The position numbers and the translations under genes were made by a program. The notes below the pieces were generated by a model. It saw only the letters and a program-made list of their open reading frames with translations, was not told where the DNA came from and ran no database searches. This document shows positions 57,669 to 64,000 of a stretch of DNA of 64,000 nucleotides, one piece after another. The DNA is taken from positions 15,371 through 79,370 of the forward strand of contig JBDNCJ010000004.1 of NCBI GenBank assembly GCA_046719715.1. Direction: 5' to 3'. This DNA is from Chloroherpetonaceae bacterium. GTDB lineage: Bacteria > Bacteroidota > Chlorobiia > Chlorobiales > Thermochlorobacteraceae. How positions within the stretch are numbered: position 1 is the first letter of the stretch; each line of letters starts with the position of its first letter.

Positions 57669-58871
57669 TTATCGAAAGGCTTCAATGCCGGTGATGTCGG
57701 CACCGACAATGAGCGTATGAATTTCGTGCGTGCCTTCGTAGGTTTTGACGGATTCCAAGTTCATCGCATGGCGCATGACGGGATATTCGCTCATAATGCC
57801 GTTTGCGCCCAAGACTTCGCGCGCCATTCGGGCGATGTTGAGCGCGATTTCAATGTTGTTGCGCTTTGCGAGCGAGACTTGTTGGAATGTCATTTTGCCT
57901 TCGTCTTTGAGTCGACCGAGCCGCCACGCTAAAAGTTGCGCTTTGGTGATTTCGGTAATCATATAGACGAGTTTTTCTTGAATGAGTTGGAATCGCGCAA
58001 TAGGTTTATCGAATTGAATCCGCTTGCGCGCGTAGTCGAGTGCCGCTTCGTAGCATGCGATTGCCGCGCCGACCCCGCCCCACGCAATTCCGTAGCGCGC
58101 TTGGGTGAGGCACGAGAGCGGACCTTTCAAGCCCTTGACGTTTGGAAGCATCGCCTCTTTTGAAACGCGCACGTCTTGCAAGATGAGCTCGGAGGTAACG
58201 GACGCGCGAAGCGACCACTTGTTTTTCATTTCAGGCGCGGAGAAGCCTTTTGCATCATTTGGAACGATGAATCCTCGCACCGTGCCGCCTTCGTCTTCAT
58301 TTTTTGCCCAAACGATAGAAATATCGGCGATTGTGCCGTTTGTAATCCACATTTTCGCGCCGTTGAGAATGTAGTCGTTTCCATCTTTGACGGCGCGCGT
58401 TTTCATTGAGCCCGGGTCGCTTCCGCTGTCGGGTTCGGTTAAGCCGAAGCAACCGATGAGTTCGGCTTTGGCGAGTTTAGGCAAGTAGTAATCTTTTTGC
58501 GCTTCGGAGCCGAAGGCGTAAATCGGATACATCACAAGCGCCGATTGAACCGACGCGAAACTTCTCACACCCGAATCGCCGCGCTCCAATTCTTGCATCA
58601 TCAATCCGTAAGCGACGTTGTTCAGCCCTGCACAGCCGTATTTTTCGGGAAGGGTTGCGCCGAAAAATCCAAGTTCCGCCATTTCCTTAATGAGTTCAGT
58701 CGGGAAGGTTGCTTTTTGTGCGTGGTCGTCAATGATAGGAATGACACGGCGGTCGACCCACTCGCGCACGCTCTCGCGCACGGCTTTTTCTTCGTCGGTA
58801 TACACACCGTCGTCCAAGTTGTAATAGTCCGTATTGATGAGGGTTTCAACCGATTCTGCGTTGTGAAGCAT
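57669..58871 (-). CDS. gcdH: Glutaryl-CoA dehydrogenase-like acyl-CoA dehydrogenase
   Basis: 400 aa. GCFGLTEPDSGSDPGSMKTRA and GAKMWITNGTIADISIVWAK are close to the GCDH signature. Confidence 0.8.
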   Translation of the reverse strand: MLHNAESVETLINTDYYNLDDGVYTDEEKAVRESVREWVDRRVIPIIDDHAQKATFPTELIKEMAELGFFGATLPEKYGCAGLNNVAYGLMMQELERGDSGVRSFASVQSALVMYPIYAFGSEAQKDYYLPKLAKAELIGCFGLTEPDSGSDPGSMKTRAVKDGNDYILNGAKMWITNGTIADISIVWAKNEDEGGTVRGFIVPNDAKGFSAPEMKNKWSLRASVTSELILQDVRVSKEAMLPNVKGLKGPLSCLTQARYGIAWGGVGAAIACYEAALDYARKRIQFDKPIARFQLIQEKLVYMITEITKAQLLAWRLGRLKDEGKMTFQQVSLAKRNNIEIALNIARMAREVLGANGIMSEYPVMRHAMNLESVKTYEGTHEIHTLIVGADITGIEAFR

Positions 58872-59007
58872 AGTTATGAGCAGTTTAATTCTGTAAAAAA
58901 TTTTGGCGTTGTGAAGTTACAAAAAGCGATGTGGCAATAAAATTTTCATTTTGAAAAAGTGATTGCGCGCACGAGCGTGCGTTTCGTTTTTCGGGAGAGT
59001 ATTTTCT

Positions 59008-59041
59008 TTGAAAAAGAAAAAGGCGAATGGTTGATTCGCCT
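59008..59041 (-). terminator. Intrinsic terminator after RNA-binding protein gene
   Basis: On the minus strand, aggcgaat-caacc-attcgcct followed by ttttctttttc. Confidence 0.7.
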
Positions 59042-59083
59042 CTTTGTCGTCCTTACCGTCAGCAGATTGCGGAAACGCCTTGT

Positions 59084-59440
59084 TTAGTAGCGTTTGTTGA
59101 ATCCGCCACGGTCGCCACGGTCGCCGCCACGGCTGAACCCGCCGCGCTCGCCACGGTCGCCGCCACGATTGAACCCGCCGCGCTCGCCACGGTCGCCGAA
59201 TGGCTTCTTTTCAGGTGGTCTGGCATCATTGACGCGAAGCGGACGTCCGTCCAAATCTTTGCCGTCCATTCCCGCTTTCGCCGCTTCCGCCGCTTCATTT
59301 GAACCATATTCCACAAATCCAAAGCCTTTGCCTTGAATGATCTTCACAGAAACGACATCGCCATATGATTCAAACGCAGAGCGAAGCGATTCTTCCGTCG
59401 TGTTGTAATTGAGATTTCCGACGTAGAGTTTAAGAGACAT
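59084..59440 (-). CDS. RRM-type RNA-binding protein with RGG-repeat tail
   Basis: LYVGNLNY (RNP2) and KGFGFVEY (RNP1). C-terminal GERGGFNRGGDRGERGGFSRGGDRGDRGGFNKRY. Confidence 0.9.
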   Translation of the reverse strand: MSLKLYVGNLNYNTTEESLRSAFESYGDVVSVKIIQGKGFGFVEYGSNEAAEAAKAGMDGKDLDGRPLRVNDARPPEKKPFGDRGERGGFNRGGDRGERGGFSRGGDRGDRGGFNKRY

Positions 59441-59691
59441 TTTTCGAGTCAGTTGAAGTTATTAAGATACAAGAAGACTGAACGAGGCGGAAACGAAGGA
59501 CGAGAAGAGACCAAACATTAGAGGACTGATTCTCAACAGATACCACGCTACGACCCAAACAGTCGAAGGCAAATCTACGACCTTTGTTACGGCTATCCAA
59601 ATTCGCAACAACTTATTTACCTTGTGATAACATTGATTTTTGCTTGTCCTTTACGAGGGATTTCTTCAACTCAACTTTCCGAATCAACTTT

Positions 59692-60348
59692 ATGAGCATC
59701 GTCATCACCAATCTTGTTTATGCTTATTCAAACGCTTCAAAGCCGATACTCGACATTCCGAAGTTTGAGATTCAAGACGGGGAACGCCTCGCGCTTGTTG
59801 GAAAATCGGGAAGCGGCAAATCCACTTTGCTCAATGCGATTGCAGGAATCGTCGCCGTTTCGCAAGGCTCTTTGAATGTGAATGGCGTTGAACTCACGAC
59901 ACTTTCGGAAACGAAGCGCGACGCGTTTCGCGCCGAGAACGTCGGCTATGTGTTCCAAACCTTTAATCTGCTTCAAGGCTTGACGGCGTTTGAGAATGTG
60001 CTTCTTGCGATGAGCTTCAGCAAAAAAAAATCTGATGCGAAGTCGCGTGCCAAGCAACTCCTTGAGCGCGTCGGTCTCGGCGACAAACAAGCGCGTAAGC
60101 CGCGTGAACTTTCCGTTGGCGAGCAACAGCGCGTCGCGATTGCCCGTGCCATTGCAAATCAGCCGAAACTCTTGCTTGCCGATGAACCGACGGCGAACCT
60201 CGACGAGCAAAACACCGATTCAGTTTTGAGCCTTCTTAAAGAAGTCGCCTCCGAAGACAATCGGATATTGATTCTGGTTACGCATGAGCGCGACGTCGCC
60301 CAGAGCCTTCCCCGCTCGATTGACCTCAAATCGCTCAACCGCACGTAG
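59692..60348 (+). CDS. ABC transporter ATP-binding protein (LolD/MacB-type)
   Basis: Walker A GKSGSGKST, signature LSVGEQQRV, Walker B LLLADEPT. Start at ATG 59692. Confidence 0.85.
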   Translation: MSIVITNLVYAYSNASKPILDIPKFEIQDGERLALVGKSGSGKSTLLNAIAGIVAVSQGSLNVNGVELTTLSETKRDAFRAENVGYVFQTFNLLQGLTAFENVLLAMSFSKKKSDAKSRAKQLLERVGLGDKQARKPRELSVGEQQRVAIARAIANQPKLLLADEPTANLDEQNTDSVLSLLKEVASEDNRILILVTHERDVAQSLPRSIDLKSLNRT

Positions 60349-60477
60349 CTTTTTCGGTTTGAATCTTTTTTGAACGCGATGTGTTTGATTTTTGGTATGT
60401 TGAACCTTTACAAGGCTGTTGCGTAAAGCGCAATCGCAAAAAATCGAATTTTTCAACCCTTTGACCTTTTCAACACG

Positions 60478-62046
60478 ATGAACAAGAAAACTCTCTTCAC
60501 GGCAATTGGTTTGATTTTTATCGGGATTGTCATCGGCGTTATCGCCTTGACAGGCTTGCAATTTACCGGCATTGGTAGCGCGCAAGAGCGCAAAGCGTCA
60601 GTCGCGATTGGCAACGCCAATTACACACCAACCCCTTCTATGACCTGGCTCAAATCCATGAATCAAGCCTTCATCGATGTAGCGAACATCGTCAAGCCGA
60701 CGGTCGTCAGTATTGACGTTTCCGCAAAGGCAAGCACTGCGCGTGTTCCGAACGACCGCTTTCACAATTTCGAAGGTGAAGAAGGCGAAGAAGGAGAAAA
60801 AGAAGGCGACTTGTTCAAATTCTTTTTTCGACCACCGGGCGGGCTGAACGAGATGCCGATTCGCGGCTCCGGTTCAGGCGTGATTGTTTCCGCCGACGGT
60901 TATGTCATCACAAACCATCACGTCGTTAAAGATGCGGCGGAAAAAGGCACGATTACCGTCATTCTCGACGACAAGCGCGAATACAAAGCCAAGTTCATCG
61001 GAAGCGACCCCTTAACCGACATCGCCGTCGTTAAAATTGACGCACAAGATTTGCCCGTCATCGCATTCGGAAATTCCGATAGCGTTCAAGTCGGCGAGTG
61101 GGTGCTTGCTGTTGGCAATCCGTTCAGCCTTGCCTCGACGGTAACAGCGGGCATTGTGAGTGCGATTGGCAGAAACATCGGGATTATTGGAGATAGTTAC
61201 GGCGTTGAGAGTTTTATTCAAACCGATGCGGCGGTTAACCCGGGCAATAGCGGCGGCGCACTCGTCAATGTTGAAGGCAGATTGGTTGGCATCAACACAG
61301 CAATCGCTACGCGCAACGGCGGCTATCAAGGTTACAGTTTCGCCGTGCCCGTCAATATCGCCAAATCCGTTGCCGAAGATTTAATCAAGTATGGCAAAAT
61401 TTCTCGCGGATACATCGGCGTTCAAATCAAGCCCGTTGATGCCACAGCGGCAAAAGCATTAGGTCTTGCAAAACCCGAAGGCGCGTGGGTTCAACAACTC
61501 GTTAAAGGCGGCGCGGCGGAAGGCGCAGGCATCAAAGAAGGCGACGTGATTTTAAGCGTTGATGGGCGCAAAGTGTCCGCACCCAACGACTTGCAAGCCT
61601 ACATTGCTCGCAAACATGCGGGCGACGAAGTCGTCGTCAAAGTCTGGCGCGACGGCAAAGAACGCGACATTCGCGTAACGCTCAAACCACGCGACGACGA
61701 TAAGCAAGTTGCCTTAAATACAAAGTCTGAACCAACTGACTCCGCACCGCTTAAACTCAAAGAATTAGGATTAGACGTCAAAGATTTAACCGAAGCCGAT
61801 AAAAAACGCTACGAAGTCGACTACGGCGTGCGCGTTTCCGACCTTCAACCTTTCGGGCAAGCGGCAACGCGCGGCGTGATGAAAGGCGATGTGATTTTGG
61901 AAGTCAATAGCGAGAAAGTTCAGTCGGTCGCCGAGTTCAAATCGGTGATTGCAAAAATCAAGAGCGGCGAAGCGGCACTCCTTCGGATTCGTCGCGCCGA
62001 TAAGTCCACGCAATTTGTCGCCATTGAAATGGGCAAGAACGATTAA
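60478..62046 (+). CDS. htrA: HtrA/DegP-family periplasmic serine protease with two PDZ domains
   Basis: TNHHVV (His) and GNSGGALVN (Ser). N-terminal TM anchor. Two PDZ-like C-terminal modules. Confidence 0.9.
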   Translation: MNKKTLFTAIGLIFIGIVIGVIALTGLQFTGIGSAQERKASVAIGNANYTPTPSMTWLKSMNQAFIDVANIVKPTVVSIDVSAKASTARVPNDRFHNFEGEEGEEGEKEGDLFKFFFRPPGGLNEMPIRGSGSGVIVSADGYVITNHHVVKDAAEKGTITVILDDKREYKAKFIGSDPLTDIAVVKIDAQDLPVIAFGNSDSVQVGEWVLAVGNPFSLASTVTAGIVSAIGRNIGIIGDSYGVESFIQTDAAVNPGNSGGALVNVEGRLVGINTAIATRNGGYQGYSFAVPVNIAKSVAEDLIKYGKISRGYIGVQIKPVDATAAKALGLAKPEGAWVQQLVKGGAAEGAGIKEGDVILSVDGRKVSAPNDLQAYIARKHAGDEVVVKVWRDGKERDIRVTLKPRDDDKQVALNTKSEPTDSAPLKLKELGLDVKDLTEADKKRYEVDYGVRVSDLQPFGQAATRGVMKGDVILEVNSEKVQSVAEFKSVIAKIKSGEAALLRIRRADKSTQFVAIEMGKND

Positions 62047-62063
62047 CCCTACTTTCACTTTAC

Positions 62064-62090
62064 GGGGCGCACACTCGCGCCCTTTTTTAT
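62064..62090 (+). terminator. Intrinsic terminator after htrA
   Basis: gggcgc-acactc-gcgccc followed by ttttttat. Confidence 0.75.
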
Positions 62091-62120
62091 TTCATCAACT
62101 TTGAACTTCAAGTTTGCAGT

Positions 62121-63434
62121 ATGCTCAATCAAACCAAATCACAAGTGCTTTTTGAACGCGCTAAGCAAGTGATTCCGGGCGGCGTCAATTCGCCCGTGCG
62201 CGCCTTCAAATCCGTCGGCGGCACGCCCGTCTTTATGCAAAAAGGCGACGGCGCCTATCTCATCGATGCCGACGGCAATCGGTATATCGATTACATCGGC
62301 TCTTGGGGTCCGTTCATTTTAGGACATAATCACCCCAAAGTTGTTGAAGCGATTTCAAATGCACTTCACCATATCGGCACAAGTTTCGGCGCACCAACGG
62401 AGTTGGAAGTTGAATTTGCGGAACTCATCACGTCGCTCGTGCCGTCGATGCAGATGGTTCGCTTGGTGAGTTCGGGCACAGAGGCAACCATGTCGGCAAT
62501 TCGTGTGGCGCGAGGATTCACCGGCAGAGAAAAAATTATCAAGTTCGAAGGCTGTTATCACGGGCACGGCGATTCGTTTCTCATCAAAGCAGGCTCGGGC
62601 GCGCTCACGCTCGGCGTGCCCGATAGCCCCGGCATCACCAAAGGCACGGCGCAAGACACACTGAACGCAACCTTCAACGACATTGAATCCGTTAAAACAC
62701 TTGTTCGAGAAAATCCCAATCAAATTGCTTGCGTGATTATCGAGCCGATTGGAGGCAACATGGGCGTTGTGCCTGCCGATAAATCTTTCTTGCAAGACCT
62801 TCGCACCCTTTGCACCGAAGAAAACATCATCTTGATTTTTGACGAAGTGATGACGGGCTTTCGCGTTGCACTGGGCGGCGCACAATCGCTCTATGGCATT
62901 ACGCCCGATATGACCACCATCGGGAAAATTCTCGGTGGCGGCTTGCCCGTTGGGGCTTACGGCGGACGCAAAGACGTCATGAGCCGCGTCGCTCCCGCTG
63001 GCGACATCTACCAAGCCGGCACGCTTTCAGGCAATCCCCTTGCCGTGAGCGCGGGACTTGCCACGCTGAAATTTTTGCGCGACGAAAATCCCTACCCCGA
63101 CCTCGACGCCAAAGGCAAAATTTTAGAAGACGGATTCAGAGAAAATTTGAGGAAACTCGATTTGAACCTTTGCCTCAAACGCGTCGGCTCCATGATGTGC
63201 CTCTTTATGACGGAGCAAGATGTAAGGGACTTCAAAACGGCGACGTCTTCCGACACGAAAAACTATGCGACATATTTTCATGCGATGCTCGAGCGAGGCA
63301 TCTATCTTGCGCCTGCACAATACGAAGCAATGTTTTTTTCCATCAAGCACGGCGAAGAAGAACTTGAAAAGACCATCACGGCGAATTACGACGCGCTTCA
63401 AGCCGTTTATCAACGCACGCTTTCGGCGTTGTAA
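62121..63434 (+). CDS. hemL: Glutamate-1-semialdehyde 2,1-aminomutase
   Basis: 437 aa. [20 protein letters not shown] and a [14 protein letters not shown]-lysine region. Confidence 0.92.
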   Translation: MLNQTKSQVLFERAKQVIPGGVNSPVRAFKSVGGTPVFMQKGDGAYLIDADGNRYIDYIGSWGPFILGHNHPKVVEAISNALHHIGTSFGAPTELEVEFAELITSLVPSMQMVRLVSSGTEATMSAIRVARGFTGREKIIKFEGCYHGHGDSFLIKAGSGALTLGVPDSPGITKGTAQDTLNATFNDIESVKTLVRENPNQIACVIIEPIGGNMGVVPADKSFLQDLRTLCTEENIILIFDEVMTGFRVALGGAQSLYGITPDMTTIGKILGGGLPVGAYGGRKDVMSRVAPAGDIYQAGTLSGNPLAVSAGLATLKFLRDENPYPDLDAKGKILEDGFRENLRKLDLNLCLKRVGSMMCLFMTEQDVRDFKTATSSDTKNYATYFHAMLERGIYLAPAQYEAMFFSIKHGEEELEKTITANYDALQAVYQRTLSAL

Positions 63435-63483
63435 ATGCTAATGCTGCTATATCATTTTAGAACGTTTAACATCGCTGTCTTAC

Positions 63484-64000
63484 GTGTCTGATTCAATACA
63501 TCACCTTGAAGCGCGTTTGGCGACCCTTTCAAGCGAGCGGGAAAAACTCCCGATTCTGAATCAGTTGGCTTGGTCGTTGCGAAGTCTTGATACCCAGCGT
63601 GCACTTCGCTACGCCAACGAAGCCGTTTTGATTGCCGAGCGGCTCTCCGACTCATTTGAAATCGCCAACAGTCGCGGCGCGCTTGCCTATTGCCTTTATC
63701 GTTGCTCGCGCTATTCCGAAGCACAGCATTATGCAGAACTCGCGCTTGCGCATTACGAGCGCCATCATCTCAAATTCCTCGTTGCCGGCACGCACAACAC
63801 GCTTGGATTGATTGCCGAGCGCACGAGCAATTACAGCGGCGCGCTTTATCATTATCAAACGTCGCTTCAACTTGCTCGTGAACTTTCCAACCAAGGCGCA
63901 GAAGCGGCGACGCTCAACAATCTTGGCATCGTTTATGAAATGCTCGGCGATTTTTCCGCCGCGCTTCAACATTACTTCGCGAGCCTCGCCATCAAACAAT
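63484..64000 (+). CDS. TPR-repeat protein, 3' end cut by window edge (probably another sensor paralog)
   Basis: Own translation from GTG 63484: VSDSIHHLEARLATLSSEREKLPILNQLAWSLRSLD...ATLNNLGIVYEMLGDFSAALQHYFASLAIKQ. Open to the window end. Not in the ORF track. An in-frame stop lies at 63439. Confidence 0.7.
   Translation, partial: MSDSIHHLEARLATLSSEREKLPILNQLAWSLRSLDTQRALRYANEAVLIAERLSDSFEIANSRGALAYCLYRCSRYSEAQHYAELALAHYERHHLKFLVAGTHNTLGLIAERTSNYSGALYHYQTSLQLARELSNQGAEAATLNNLGIVYEMLGDFSAALQHYFASLAIKQ

Noticed and set aside
58955-58992. Plus-strand hairpin cgcac-gagc-gtgcg followed by tttcgttttt (possible terminator or sRNA end)
   Set aside because: No plus-strand gene or promoter upstream. 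The stem is only 5 bp, and it lies in the gcdH upstream region. Insufficient evidence.
62355-63014. 219-aa minus-strand ORF
   Set aside because: Antisense to hemL. Shadow ORF.

Overview
This window looks like a core chromosomal segment from a bacterium of the Bacteroidota/Chlorobiota/Ignavibacteriota (FCB) group. Three features support that placement: an NuoEFG-less nuo operon, a T9SS-type C-terminal sorting tail, and an RRM-type RNA-binding protein. I support about 60 CDS, mostly housekeeping: nuoABCDHI, metY, rpsT, ruvA, folC, purH, priA, recX, mrdA, pyrF, cobST, hemL, htrA, comEC and gcdH. I also support two tandem tRNA-Leu genes, one SAM-I riboswitch with a terminator/antiterminator platform, several intrinsic terminators, and two families of short dispersed hairpin repeats at six intergenic loci. 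I see no transposase, integrase, CRISPR array or recognisable phage-defence cassette, and no clear-cut novel multi-gene system. The strongest candidate for something undescribed is an expanded family of soluble sensors with a TPR array and a coiled-coil linker. It comprises four histidine kinases, one PP2C phosphatase that shares the kinase linker, one TPR-only protein and one edge-truncated member, and no response regulator lies anywhere in the 64 kb. One kinase sits in a tight operon between a pterin-dehydratase-domain fusion protein and a UPF0210 protein. Other points worth a second look:
- a 434-bp repeat island splitting nuoC from nuoD;
- an AT-richer islet with C8/G9 tracts and an orphaned T9SS tail fragment;
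- a perfect 3x15-bp tandem repeat in a divergent promoter;
- a phytol-kinase/DUF92 fusion;
- a ferrochelatase-like protein with a variant active-site motif.
All calls come from reading the sequence and the ORF translations. No database search was run.
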